From Candidatus Levyibacteriota bacterium (GTDB lineage: Bacteria > Patescibacteriota > Microgenomatia > Levybacterales > UBA12049), in assembly GCA_016182235.1 (NCBI GenBank), contig JACOXT010000003.1:529199-593198 (forward strand): a DNA stretch of 64,000 nt, written 5' to 3'. Below the pieces are notes generated by a model. That model saw only the letters and a list, made by a program, of their open reading frames with translations. It did no database searches and had not been told where the DNA came from. This document shows, piece by piece, positions 52,532 through 63,900 of this stretch. Each line of letters starts with the position of its first letter. The stretch's first letter is position 1. Both the position numbers and the translations under genes were made by a program.

Positions 52532-53707
52532 TTATAGCACATTTAGGCTCCTAAAAAACCATTTTAGAAAATCTGTCGCAATTTTTGCCTTGTCAATTGA
52601 GGCAACAATACTTTCGTCGTATTGATTCTCATTTTTAAAAGTTTTAACTCGTAGATCCTGCCTCCTAGAAGACGTATTCATGTTTTTTTCCTCAACCTCA
52701 AGAAGAGGCTCTCCTTTCATTTTTGGCATGCTTTCTATTGTAAGATAAGTTTTACTATAGCTTCCGTCTTCCTGAATTAAGCTGAATTGCGCGTAAGGTT
52801 CGGACGCTCTGAGAATAAAAGGCGTTACGGCCGCAATATTGTTATCGGACCAAACTGTCTCAAACGCATATCGCATATAAGATGAGATTTTCTCGTCGGA
52901 TAAATTATCTCTTGACCAACCGGTTTCTGTAATAAATACAGGTAAGTTTTTACGTCCTAATCTTTCTGCGACATCTCTCTCGTACCTGAAACTGCTGACG
53001 CTTTTATTCGTCAATACCCACGGAGGCTGGGAAAAAGCCGGATTTGGATAAGAATGACTGGCCATTCCGTCTATTCTCCCAAATATTCCCGGCAATTCTT
53101 CATCCATTCCATGCATAAAATCATACTGATTTATTGACATTTGGGAGACATTTATTGATCCATTGTCCAAACCAGCCGGGATGATAAAAAAATCTTCATC
53201 CAAAGATTTAAACGCATCAACCGCAAAACCCAGGATTTGCGCGTATTCCTGAGGATTAGTATTTCCCTGCCACTCATCGCTTCTGTTGACTTCGTTGTAT
53301 ATAACTACATATTTATTTTTAGTCGGCCATTCCAAGGAGTTTAGGAAATTGGCAAAATCCAAAATATCTTCATAACGGGGTTTTTGCCATACTTTAGTAT
53401 CAAAATAATAATTCGACTCCGCCAAACGTACAATTGGAATTATATGGTTTGTTCTTGCGTCATCCATGAACTTCTGCCATTTTCTCAAGTTGCGGTCTCC
53501 TGCCTGAATGGGTATCGTTACATACCCCCAATCGCCTCCATTTGAATTCACAAGCTTTGAAGCCTGCTCAAGCTCTGATGGAAAGAGTATATGAATTCCG
53601 AATTTGTTGTTTGGAACAGAAAGCGGATCTACGATTGCAAAAGCATTTGCCACACTCATCGCAAATATAAAGGTTGACATTAAAAAAATAAGCATTGTTT
53701 TGTTCAT
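52532..53707 (-). CDS. Secreted clan-A glycoside hydrolase-like protein
   Basis: Signal peptide, YNEVN acid/base, HSYP, FITETGW nucleophile. Confidence 0.7.
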   Translation of the reverse strand: MNKTMLIFLMSTFIFAMSVANAFAIVDPLSVPNNKFGIHILFPSELEQASKLVNSNGGDWGYVTIPIQAGDRNLRKWQKFMDDARTNHIIPIVRLAESNYYFDTKVWQKPRYEDILDFANFLNSLEWPTKNKYVVIYNEVNRSDEWQGNTNPQEYAQILGFAVDAFKSLDEDFFIIPAGLDNGSINVSQMSINQYDFMHGMDEELPGIFGRIDGMASHSYPNPAFSQPPWVLTNKSVSSFRYERDVAERLGRKNLPVFITETGWSRDNLSDEKISSYMRYAFETVWSDNNIAAVTPFILRASEPYAQFSLIQEDGSYSKTYLTIESMPKMKGEPLLEVEEKNMNTSSRRQDLRVKTFKNENQYDESIVASIDKAKIATDFLKWFFRSLNVL

Positions 53708-53757
53708 TTGAAAATTTGTATTTTAATATTATTTGTAATTTTGAATTTCAAGTTTTA

Positions 53758-54588
53758 CTACTCTAATTTTATTGAGTTAACAATAAAATCCGCCATAAAC
53801 CTATGTCCTTCCTCCGAAGGGTGAATGCCATCGTCTTTATTGACTAAATAAGGGTCGCCAAACGCCCCATCAGTTCTAGACTCATGGTAAGCATTTATCA
53901 AGGGGATGTTTTCTGAAGTAGATAAATTAATTACGTTATCTAATTGTTCTATAATATTTAAAGCGTGCTGATAGGCCGCATCAGGCGCCATATTCACTCC
54001 ATTTTTGCCTTCTCCAAAACCGGTTTTAAGAGGCGCTATCTCTGCCAAAAGATAAACATGAGAGGAAACAATCTTAGCTTTGGCAACGAGTTGATGAAGC
54101 AAAGTATAATGCTTATTTCTATCATGAGTCGAAAATGGATTATAAGCAAAAGATCCAAGGATTAAAACGTCAGGAGAAAGAACAGGGAGCGGAGGAAAGT
54201 TTCTCTCCCTGTTGACAAATGAGCTTTCAAAACGCGAAAGACCCTGCTCTATATTTTGCCCGCCTATTCCGTAATTATAAAAACTAAACCTGGTTTTCGG
54301 ATATTTGGCTGAAAGTGAAATCTCAAGATGCTCGAGTTCTTCTCCCATAGTATCTACCATAGAGTCTCCAAAAATTGCAATTGAATATGTACTTTTTTTC
54401 AAGACAACCGAAGGGGTGGGTGTTAAGGTAGGGAAGGGTGATGGAGTAGGAATTGATGTTGGAATAAAAGTAGGAGAGACTGCAATTGTGGCAGACAGCA
54501 AGGCTTTTGAGTCGTCTTTTAGGTATAATACCAGCAAAACAATTGAGGTCAAGATTAATAACATAAAAATTAAAAAATATTTGATCAT
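53758..54588 (-). CDS. SGNH/GDSL hydrolase, membrane-anchored with Pro/Thr linker
   Basis: FGDSM, GIGG, DGIHP. Confidence 0.85.
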   Translation of the reverse strand: MIKYFLIFMLLILTSIVLLVLYLKDDSKALLSATIAVSPTFIPTSIPTPSPFPTLTPTPSVVLKKSTYSIAIFGDSMVDTMGEELEHLEISLSAKYPKTRFSFYNYGIGGQNIEQGLSRFESSFVNRERNFPPLPVLSPDVLILGSFAYNPFSTHDRNKHYTLLHQLVAKAKIVSSHVYLLAEIAPLKTGFGEGKNGVNMAPDAAYQHALNIIEQLDNVINLSTSENIPLINAYHESRTDGAFGDPYLVNKDDGIHPSEEGHRFMADFIVNSIKLE

Positions 54589-54639
54589 TTTAATTCTGAT
54601 ATTATATCATTATGGATCATCTTACTATCCGCTTCTAAC

Positions 54640-55785
54640 ATGATTAAAAAAATAATTTTTCTGTTTTTAGCTTGGAGGCTTTTTCTACTTTTTCCACTTA
54701 TACTAGCCAGCAATCTCTTAACTAACCGTCAAGGCTATGAGTATACCCTCCTTACTTATTTTTTAGGTCCCGAGAATAAATTATTGTCGCATTTCTTACT
54801 TAATCCATTTGGTAATTTTGACGCGGTCTATTATCTTATTATTGCGGCAAGAGGATATACTGTCGAAGGCGGATTTTTCCCTCTTTTTCCGCTTTCTATT
54901 TTTTTCACGTCAGCGATATTTGGCAAGGTTTTGGAGCTTGATATAACGCAGTATTTTGCAAGTTTGGGTCTTGTCGCAATTTATTTTTTTATAAGCTTAA
55001 TCTTGATGTATAAGTTAATTAGGATGGATTACAAGGAAAGTATAGTGTTATGGAGTATTATTTTTATGTTAGTTTTCCCAACATCTTTTTTCTTCGCGGC
55101 AATTTATTCAGAAAGCCTATTTTTGCTTCTTTCATTAGGGGCTTTTTACTTCGCAAGAAAAAAGAATTGGTTTTTGGCAGGACTATTCGGCGGACTTTTA
55201 ACCGCAACTCGAATAGTCGGAATTGCCATATTACCCGCTTTAATTTATGAATTTATTAAATATGAGAAGCAAAAATCGAAAATTAAAACACTATCTTTAT
55301 TCCTTATCCCAATGGGTCTTATATCTTATATGATTTTTAATTTTTTTAAGTGGGGGAATATGTTCTATTTTATTTCTGCGCAAGGGAATTTCCAAAACAA
55401 TAGATCAGTTGACGCTATTATTTTCTTTCCTCAAACAATATTTAGGTATCTTAAGATTTTCCAAACTATAAGCCTGACTCAATATGAATGGTGGGTGGCT
55501 TTCATTGAATTTTCAGCTTTTATTTTCGGAAGTTTTATGATTTATATCGCGTGGAAAAAGAAAGTTAGATTGTCATACTTAATATTCACGATTACAGCCT
55601 TTCTAATTCCAATCTCAACCGGAACCTTCAGCGGGCTACCAAGGTATATTCTTCCTCTTTTCCCAATATTTATTGCGCTTGCTCTTTTAAAAAACAAAAC
55701 TCCCAAATTTATCTACTGCATTGTTTCTTTCATGCTCCTCATGATATTTTTCGCGCTTTTTTCTAAAGGATATTTCATCGCGTAA
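54640..55785 (+). CDS. PIG-V-like GT-C mannosyltransferase
   Basis: NFDAVYY, FFPLFP, YSESLF, TRIVG, PRY. Confidence 0.8.
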   Translation: MIKKIIFLFLAWRLFLLFPLILASNLLTNRQGYEYTLLTYFLGPENKLLSHFLLNPFGNFDAVYYLIIAARGYTVEGGFFPLFPLSIFFTSAIFGKVLELDITQYFASLGLVAIYFFISLILMYKLIRMDYKESIVLWSIIFMLVFPTSFFFAAIYSESLFLLLSLGAFYFARKKNWFLAGLFGGLLTATRIVGIAILPALIYEFIKYEKQKSKIKTLSLFLIPMGLISYMIFNFFKWGNMFYFISAQGNFQNNRSVDAIIFFPQTIFRYLKIFQTISLTQYEWWVAFIEFSAFIFGSFMIYIAWKKKVRLSYLIFTITAFLIPISTGTFSGLPRYILPLFPIFIALALLKNKTPKFIYCIVSFMLLMIFFALFSKGYFIA

Positions 55786-56740
55786 ACCCTCTTCTCAGCT
55801 CGTCCAATAGCCCCCCAAAACCATCTTGTCTTATTACGCCAACCGCGTAATTAGCTTTACTATTCATTGTCTCCAAAAGACTTATTTTTCTGCACGCAAA
55901 CTCAAGCGATGCCAAGTCATCGTTTGAAAGGGACACAACCAGTGTAGTTCGGGGATACATTATTGAGCTCGTGTTATTGATATGCGCGATTCCCAAAGCG
56001 TGTCCCATCTCATGCGCGAGCGTATGAACAAGTTCGTCTCTGGAAACATAAAAGTAAATAATTATTTTCTGGCCGTTTTCATCCGAAATATATGTTCCTT
56101 CTTCCGGCCTATATTTCAATTGCTCATTATATTCATTAACCGTCTTATTCAAATCTTGTATCCTGGAATTGTATTCCTTTGTAGACTGGTTAAGCGAAGA
56201 TGCCATCTGATTTAACTCATTTGCTTCTTGCTGTAAAGATAATTGAAGATCTCCCAGCTCTTTGTATTTTGCGGGATTAGCTCCGCCATGAGAATTCCAA
56301 TAGTCTATTTCTTGATTTAATGCTATTATTTTTTTATTAAAATCCGAGACTCTTCTTTCGTATTCTTCAATCTCTGGCTTGATCGTACTTTTCCTTTGCG
56401 AGAGTTCCCTGTCAATATCGCTAATTTGACTGGTTAACATTTGCCTTTCATCATAGATAAGATTTATAGACATTTTCCCTTGCGGGTCATAGGCAAATAA
56501 GCTTTTTTCGTAAGCGGTATTCCAAATACTGCCCGCCTCTTGAATGTTTTCTAGGAATTCTTCTTGCGTCAGATTAAATCTTGTATCAACAGTGTCTATC
56601 CTGTAGGAAAGGGGAGTATCGCAAGGGGACTGATATAAAATATTCTCTAATTTTTCCGCCAAAACCAATCTATTCTGAAAGGAAAAGAAGGTAATTAATA
56701 CTACAAGTGAGATTACCAAAACCCAAAGTATCTTTCTCAT
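55775..56740 (-). CDS. Matrixin (M10)-like metalloprotease with coiled-coil insert
   Basis: HEMGHALGIAH zinc motif, SIMYP Met-turn. Confidence 0.85.
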   Translation of the reverse strand: MRKILWVLVISLVVLITFFSFQNRLVLAEKLENILYQSPCDTPLSYRIDTVDTRFNLTQEEFLENIQEAGSIWNTAYEKSLFAYDPQGKMSINLIYDERQMLTSQISDIDRELSQRKSTIKPEIEEYERRVSDFNKKIIALNQEIDYWNSHGGANPAKYKELGDLQLSLQQEANELNQMASSLNQSTKEYNSRIQDLNKTVNEYNEQLKYRPEEGTYISDENGQKIIIYFYVSRDELVHTLAHEMGHALGIAHINNTSSIMYPRTTLVVSLSNDDLASLEFACRKISLLETMNSKANYAVGVIRQDGFGGLLDELRRGFTR

Positions 56741-56824
56741 CAATATAAAACTATCACGAAAATACTCAAGAATCAATGTTTAAAACGCAGATCGAGGCCC
56801 TGTCTGAAAAGCGATGATAAGAGA

Positions 56825-57253
56825 TTATTTATTCACTAATTTTTGCAACAGCTCTTTTGGAGAAAGTATTCTAAGAGGTAAAAACTTTTGTCGAATATCT
56901 TCGCGAAGTAAGTGTTTCTTATCAAGAGTAACAAGATATGCGCTCTTAGTCTGAACAGCCCCAGCAATTAGGTGAGCATCATCCAAGTCAACTTGTCCCT
57001 GAAGTGAAGATATTTCCTCAATTCCAATTGCTTCCCTTATGATCAGACCACTTTGAGCAACGAATTGTACTATCTCATTTCTTGATTTATTTAGTTTTTT
57101 GTACTTTTCCTCCTCCAAGATTTCATCGATAACAGTTTGTGAGGTTAGTCCTACTATTCTTTCTTGCTTTACATATTCAAATAAAAGTGAAGATCCGCCA
57201 GATGGCGACAAGAGAGCGGCAATAATTATCGAAGCATCAAAAAATACTCTCAT
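56825..57253 (-). CDS. PIN domain toxin (VapC-like)
   Basis: VFFDASII, DLDDAHLI, LVTLDKKH. Confidence 0.85.
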   Translation of the reverse strand: MRVFFDASIIIAALLSPSGGSSLLFEYVKQERIVGLTSQTVIDEILEEEKYKKLNKSRNEIVQFVAQSGLIIREAIGIEEISSLQGQVDLDDAHLIAGAVQTKSAYLVTLDKKHLLREDIRQKFLPLRILSPKELLQKLVNK

Positions 57254-57531
57254 GAAGAGATAGAAGCCAGATCTCTTCGCACCTTCCGTACAAGAAGTCT
57301 TGGTAATTTGTCTTCCTTTAGCAACTCTTTTATTTCACTCTTGCTATATACCCTATAAGGAGCAGAATTATTCCGTTGGGTCTCAATAACAACACTATTT
57401 CCCTCTTTTTTGGCTTTAACAATATCTCCCTCTCTAATCTTCAACTCATCCCTCCATTTTTTGGGCAGCGTTACCATTCCTTTACCTAGTATCTTTAGCC
57501 ATTCTTGATTTATAACTGCTTGTTGACTCAT
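57250..57531 (-). CDS. AbrB/MazE-type antitoxin
   Basis: KGMVTLPKKWRDELKIREGD; ATGA overlap with the PIN gene. Confidence 0.85.
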   Translation of the reverse strand: MSQQAVINQEWLKILGKGMVTLPKKWRDELKIREGDIVKAKKEGNSVVIETQRNNSAPYRVYSKSEIKELLKEDKLPRLLVRKVRRDLASISS

Positions 57532-57560
57532 AAAAAACTCCTTGTTTAACTTTCTAACTT

Positions 57561-57594
57561 TTTACATTGTAAACTAAATTATTATACTTGTCAA
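57561..57594 (-). promoter_or_regulatory. TA operon promoter with palindromic operator
   Basis: TTGACA-17 nt-TACAAT; palindrome TTTACA-t-TGTAAA (57561-57573) overlaps the -10. Confidence 0.65.
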
Positions 57595-57692
57595 TGGTAA
57601 AAGAATTAAAAATCCGTTTGTGGATTTGAATTCATTAATTGAACAAAGATTGAAGGAGGTATATCCACCCTTCGAGTATAAATCGTAACGGT

Positions 57693-58295
57693 TTGCCTTC
57701 GAAACCCGAATTTGATAAGCTGGTGGCGATAATGACTAGCCCTGAACGCAGAACCTTTATAAACGTTGAGCCTTCAGAGGAGGTTAAGCGCTTTCTTACT
57801 GAAAACCCCAATGCGCGTTGGGATCAGTGTCTGGGATATGTATTGGATCATTGGCCACAAGTACGAGATGGCAAAATCGATTACTTAGTTGAGGGAGGGA
57901 CGGCATTAAGATTACTTTTCCCACAAAGACAAGACCCGGCAGATGTAGATATTCTTACTCGATCTCAGCAAATGAATAAACACTTTAGAAATTCCCGTAA
58001 GTTTGATGTAAAACACATTACCGATTGGTATGCGTCCCGTTTACATCCATATAATTCAAATGCTTTTGATCAGGAAGGTGGAAACTTCCTATTTGATATG
58101 AATCAGTCAGTCGAATTTGGAAATAGAAAAGTTCTCGTCTTAAACTCTCTTGGTTTGGCTGTCTCTAAAACACTTCGCTATTTGCATCGAGATCTTAGAA
58201 AAAAAGATTTACGAGATCTAACATTGTTAAACCAAGATTCAACTCAGATTCGTCAAATTATAAAAAAAATAAAAACAATATATCCTCAGCCATAA
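57693..58295 (+). CDS. Nucleotidyltransferase-superfamily protein
   Basis: EGGTAL...DVDI motif, C-terminal RKKDLRDL; start uncertain. Confidence 0.55.
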   Translation: MPSKPEFDKLVAIMTSPERRTFINVEPSEEVKRFLTENPNARWDQCLGYVLDHWPQVRDGKIDYLVEGGTALRLLFPQRQDPADVDILTRSQQMNKHFRNSRKFDVKHITDWYASRLHPYNSNAFDQEGGNFLFDMNQSVEFGNRKVLVLNSLGLAVSKTLRYLHRDLRKKDLRDLTLLNQDSTQIRQIIKKIKTIYPQP

Positions 58296-58371
58296 ACATA
58301 TTTTTATCCCCGTTACCTTCCAGGAGGAACAGCCTCGCCACCTGAACATTCTCATCATAGCTCCTGTGAGC

Positions 58372-58400
58372 TTGTCAATGAGGTATTGGATTGTTATAAT
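58372..58400 (+). promoter_or_regulatory. sigma70 promoter for tRNA-Lys
   Basis: TTGTCA-17 nt-TATAAT with extended TG. Confidence 0.65.
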
Positions 58401-58408
58401 TAATGAGT

Positions 58409-58483
58409 GGGTCGGTAGCTCAGTGGTAGAGCAGGAGCCTTTTAAGCTCTTGGTCCTGGGTTCGAATCCCAGCCGGCTCACCA
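58409..58483 (+). tRNA. tRNA-Lys(TTT)
   Basis: GGGTCGG/CCGGCTC acceptor, GGAGC-CTTTTAA-GCTCT, TTCGAAT, encoded CCA. Confidence 0.95.
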
Positions 58484-58684
58484 GATAGTTGTAAACCGAC
58501 TGGGGATTGGATTGATATAGAGAGCTAAATGGAACTTGATGGTAATTATTGAAATAGGCAGTGATTTTAAGAATATTAAAATATTAAAAGAAACGAAGGA
58601 AGTAAAACGACTTAAATTGTTTTTTGAGAAATTGGGAATAAGAGGGGTAGAATGGAAAAATGATTAGAAGAAATCTCCTTTAAT

Positions 58685-58963
58685 TTATATATTTAAGAGA
58701 AAAATACTAAGATTTAATATTGAAGCAAAACTAACCCATGCTAAATAAGGCAGTAATATAAACGATGCTTTCTTGTCAATTTTGTAAAACTTAATCATTA
58801 CCATAACTATTAAAATCCACAAAACAATTATATTGACTAAAGACAAGGGAATATTATTCATACCAAAAAAAACAATTGACCAGGTGGCGTTAAATACAAG
58901 ATGAACAGCAAAGAGTTTTAAGGCATCTCTTACTTCTTTTTTCTTTGTTCCTTTAGTCCATAT
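58685..58963 (-). pseudogene. TspO/MBR family 3' fragment
   Basis: Manual translation IWTKGTKKKEVRDALKLFAVHLVFNATWSIVFFG...LLPYLAWVSFASILNLSIFLLNI*; in-frame stop just upstream, N-terminal half absent. Confidence 0.75.
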
Positions 58964-59167
58964 CGATTATACCAATCTTCAATTGAAGAAAGGGTAAATA
59001 CAGTCCCTATCAGGCCGGCGCCTTGGCAAATGGCAATTGAAAGAATTAGTTTTAAAATATTCTTAGGCAGTTTCACTCTTTAAATATCATTTCAAATTTA
59101 AATACATTTGTAAATACCAAATAAAGTCTAAATTGTAACTAAAAATGATAAAGACACCTTAGATAAT

Positions 59168-60222
59168 TTATTCGTAAAACCATAGAAAGTCTGGATTTTC
59201 GACCTCTTTTATTTCAGGGTCCCAAAGTCTCCATTTTCCATCAATATTTTTAACATCCCAGTAACCCTCAAAATATTTATAGACTATTTCATCATCAACC
59301 ATATCTTTACAATTTTAATAACTGTTGTATCGAGTAACGATTGATACCCCTGCTTCCAGTAATCAAACCCGTGCCCCTTCTTAAAATTGTCTGAAAGTAT
59401 TTCAAATGCTTTTTCTAACTTCCTTACTTTTAAATAGTTATAGAAAGTGGCCACTGCAAAGTCCGCACTTGTCGTGTCATCAAATGTAATTTTCTTAATA
59501 TCTTTTAGTGAATCATCAGCTGTAGACATTTCCAGCCATTTTTGTTTGATAGAGTCCGCAGAAATTCCTAAGCCTAAGCCGGAAAGTCCGGCTGTATTTA
59601 TTGCCACTACTTCTCCGCAAATATTTATCATTGGCCCACCCGATACTCCGGGCGTAAGCGTTGTGTCTGTTTGCAAATATTCCACACCTACATCTTTTGA
59701 TCTTCTTCTGCCAGACAGCGAACCTTTGTTGACAGAAGCCTCGCCAACAAGAGTTCCACCCAAAGGGAAACCTATCGCTAAAAGTTCTTCTGCGGGGTTT
59801 AGTTCTTTCGGATCACCCCAAGAAATAACAGGTAGGTTTTTATTGATTTTAATAATGGCAAGATCAGCGTTTTTATCTGCCATGAGTATTTCTGCTGTCT
59901 GAAATGTATTATCCGGTAGAATAACTTTAGGGCTTGGTTCAAACTCAATAACATGGAAGTTTGTAAGAACAACTCCGCCATCTTTAATTGCAAAACCAGA
60001 ACCTTCGCCCTCTCCGCCTACAATCCGGACAACAGATTGTCGCACTTTCTCGATAGAATCCTTTTCATTACAACCGATTTTTTCAGGACCACCAAGTTTT
60101 GCCTCAATTCTTTCTAGTCGCTTGCTAAGAGTGTCAATTTTAGAACCCGAATAAATCACACCAATAAGCAAGCCAACTAATATAAGGAATCGGGCAAGTG
60201 CGTATACATCAATTCGTTTCAT
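59168..60222 (-). pseudogene. Trypsin-like S1 serine protease with frameshifted C-terminal tail
   Basis: GSGF, TNFHV, DLAII, PGVSGGP; after ~59310 a shifted frame reads KDMVDDEIVYKYFEGYWDVK...WFYE*. Confidence 0.7.
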
Positions 60223-60240
60223 TTTTTATCAATTTTATTT

Positions 60241-60912
60241 TCATTCATTCAAAGATGTATCTTTTTTATACTTACAATAAATACACAATTCTGAAGAATC
60301 GGGGAGTTTTCCATCAAGAATCTTTTTTGCTTCCAATATCTTATCCTCAACCCAGCTGTCGTCACCATCATAAGGTTGTACTTTAATGTCAAAACTTAAA
60401 TTTCCTTTTGCAAATCCGTTATCTTTATTGACCCGACAATAAACAAAATAACCCCTGTTTTGCACCTTAAAACCATTCTTGCGGAGTATCCACTGGTATA
60501 TTTCCATCTGGCGCTTGTAGCTGTCATACAGTTCGCCCTCTTTGGCTCCGGAGGCCTTATAATCAACTACAATTAAGTTTCCTTTTGAGTCAACCCATAT
60601 ATCGTCAACAGCTCCAAAAATCAAAAAATCAGTTGCAGGGTGGTGATATTGAATCCCAGTAAAGGTGTTTCTCCATTTATCTATGTCCTCGTGCATATAG
60701 GGGATTGCATCAATACCTTCCCGTTCAATAAGATAGTGAGCCGTGCCGTTTTTGCGGTGTTCATCAAATTCTTTTTTGAGAAGAAAATCAACGGCATTAT
60801 TTATCGTATAAGGAGCGCCGAATGGGCGAGCAATACCCTTTCCGGCGTAAAACCAGAAACAACGGGGACAGTCAAATAATAATTCTATTTTTGATCGCGA
60901 TAATTTAATCAT
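60241..60912 (-). CDS. PD-(D/E)XK nuclease family protein with four Cys
   Basis: CPRC, GAVDD, VVDYK, QMEIY, CIYC. Confidence 0.85.
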   Translation of the reverse strand: MIKLSRSKIELLFDCPRCFWFYAGKGIARPFGAPYTINNAVDFLLKKEFDEHRKNGTAHYLIEREGIDAIPYMHEDIDKWRNTFTGIQYHHPATDFLIFGAVDDIWVDSKGNLIVVDYKASGAKEGELYDSYKRQMEIYQWILRKNGFKVQNRGYFVYCRVNKDNGFAKGNLSFDIKVQPYDGDDSWVEDKILEAKKILDGKLPDSSELCIYCKYKKDTSLNE

Positions 60913-60934
60913 TTTAATATTACTGTACTACTTT

Positions 60935-63900
60935 TTAATTATTTTTAACTGGCAACAAATCCTTATACTGTGGATGTCCTTTTGCGACTAGTCGATGTAT
61001 AAATTCTTGTGCTTTAATTATTGCAACATCATTCTTGCTGTTCAGAACTAATCTGATAACATTACTTAATTCATCTCCCCACGTCGGCACACCCCAACCC
61101 TTTTTATCATTTTCTACCATGAGCTCGGTGCTTGTGATTACTTCAAGAGGAAGCTTGGGTGCAAGTGATTGATACCTTTCAAGTATTAAATGATCTCCCT
61201 CAATATCGCATCCTAATTTTAATGCCTCGCTCAGCATGTCCAGTGACCATTTATCATCAAACTTCTCTGAATATACCCACCAACTAAAATCTTTGAATTC
61301 TTGTATATCTATATGTGGAGTCTTACTAGCTTTAACGACAGCAAGTCTATTCTTAGCCAACGCGACAAATTTAGCTCTTACATCATCGGACATTTCAAGT
61401 TCTTTTGCTGACCTTCCAATAAAATCGATTACTTCTGCTCTCAACTCCAAAGGGGCACATTTATAAAAGTCCTTCAGAATACCTTTGTCTAATGGAAGTT
61501 TTCCTCGACAATAGAATAAAATAAGGTGCTGAGCTAAGTTCTGTTCTGGATTGTGTAGGTGGTGCTTACCATCAGTATGTTTCCCAATTTCGTTCACAGC
61601 TCTTTGGTATTGTGGTAATAGCATAAGAATAAGGTCGTTGTAGGCAGTATTGAATGTTATAAACGTTTCCCAAGCAGCATCAAAATACTTTTGTTCTTCA
61701 GGAAAAATCTTTTGTATGTTTGCTTTTACCCATTCCATGTCGAGCCAGCACAGATTACCCAATCTTTCACCATACAGGGCTCTTATACCCACAGATGGGT
61801 CTTTTGTGGTATCTAGGTGGTCATTCAAGGCTTTCATTACTTCTGGGGCATTTTTAGCAAGATTCCAGTCTTTTCTTTCGTCCTCTGGTATTGAGTTTTT
61901 CAGCCAAATTCCATACCTAATTACTGCTTGGATTGCGTCACCGCGGGTCGAATTTATTGCTACTGTTAATGGATCGTGATCTGACTCTAGCTGTTTTACT
62001 TCTTCTTTAGGAGTGGGGTGGGGATCGTGAGTAAGTGTTTCGATTATTTTCCATACTTTCTCTCTCAACTTTAATGGTATTTTCCCATCCTCCGTATCCA
62101 CTCCTTCTATAATCAATTCCGCTATCGAATTTCTGCTCCAATTCCAATCTGGGTCATCAGCATAAAATCCAGATGGTTTTCTGCCTTTTACCTCAATTGG
62201 CTTCGTCAAAATAGCTAAACATAAATCTAGTAATGGTTCCCAGTCAAATAGTTTTTTCTGTCTCAGAGCGTCTCTATGTCCACTGAAAACAGAACGAACA
62301 AATGTCGGGTCTAGATCTTTGAAAGATGCAAGACTTCCTGACCATTTAGCAGGGTCGTTAGTTATCTGAGATGCAAGAACCCTACTTGTACCTTCTCGTG
62401 ATGTTTCGAGCGGATCGCCATCTGATGACGGTTTCCATTTTTTAAGGAATTCAACAACCTCATCAGGTTTCATTTTATTGAATTGTTCATCAGAGATACT
62501 GCTTTTATATCCCCAACTTGAACCGCCTGACCAAGATCGAAATGAAGGGAATTCAGGCTCCCCAATAGCAGTCACTAGCTCCTCATAATATTTCTTCCAT
62601 GCCGGATCGATTTCTTTAAAAGGCAGTAAATGGTACATCTGCCAATTCTTTCTATACTTTGCAACCTCGCTCTCAGATGGTTCTACTCCTCTTTCTTTAC
62701 ATCTTGCCTTGTAAGCTTCCATGTCTACATCAACACCTTTTTCAATCCATGACCACAGCACTTTTCTTTGTTCTGCCGATAACAGAGATGCACATGTTTC
62801 TGCTAGTAAAAAGAATTCGTGTGTAAGTCTTTGTTTTTCCCCAAACTCTCCTTTATTCATAAGTAGGTGGGTTATTGTCTTTTCATTTCCAGTAGGAAAC
62901 AACCGCAGAAGATGTAGCTCAATTCGTTTGAAAGTTAGTAAGTTCCTTGACTCTAATTCGGTAAGTAAAGTTTCTATTTGATCAGGATGCTTGGTAAGAA
63001 ATCTCTCACAGGCATCACGTATCCCTGTAACCAATACATCTTTAATACCAAACTTATGGTTTTGTGAATGATCCTCAATGGCTGGTCTCCATATTTCGGA
63101 ATAATCGTCATTTGAATCGCTTTCTCTATTAGTATTAGAGTGTTTTATATAGTTCTCGTATTGATCCAGGAGAATTTTGATAGCGTCCAGTCCTGCGACA
63201 TCGACAAAATCGGGAAAATCTTTCTCAAGTATTTCTTCATAGTCGTAATCCCTAATAATGGGGATTGGATCATGGGGGATTTTATGACCACCATATTCAG
63301 GGGCGGGACGCGGATCAGGTTGGATAGCGAGCACTCTGTTAGCGAGTGTCACGGCTTCGCTAATTTTCCCATTTCCCGCGAAATACTTAATAAGCTTCCC
63401 ATATTTCTCAGGGCTCAAAAAGTAGTCAATTTCTTCTATATTTTCAACTATCTGAACAGACATCTCCGCGGGTAGGAGTAACGCTATTTCCAACAAGTCA
63501 CTTCGTACTCGTGTGTTTTCTGTCTCCACATCAAGGCAAATCTCCAACACCTCTCTCTGTTTTTCAGGAATTGCAGCCATCTTTTTCAAGTAAATCCCTT
63601 GTGACCAAAACGGGTAACTCATGCCGCCATCGGGATGTTCCATGGGTGGCGGAGGCGTCTTGAAAAATCCTTCTTTTTTTAATGGAGTTAGCCAGTCGGT
63701 ATTATCGAGTTTTTCAAAGAAATAATTGTATGTTACGGGGCTACTTGGTATTTTTCCTTTTAAAGTAGCAATATCTTTTTTCCCTATCGTAGTTTTTGCC
63801 AGTAACTCATCAAGTAATCCAATGAACCCTAAATAATTCGCTTCCATCCTGTTAAGTAACACGTCCAGTAATGCCTGCATCCCAACCCATAATTCATCAA

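Noticed and set aside
54410..54480. Repetitive purine-rich tract in the SGNH gene
   Set aside because: Explained by the Pro/Thr/Ser linker it encodes.
58318..58340. SRP RNA domain IV-like CAGG...GGAA...CAGCC
   Set aside because: The helix closing the GNRA loop and the long flanking stem are absent.
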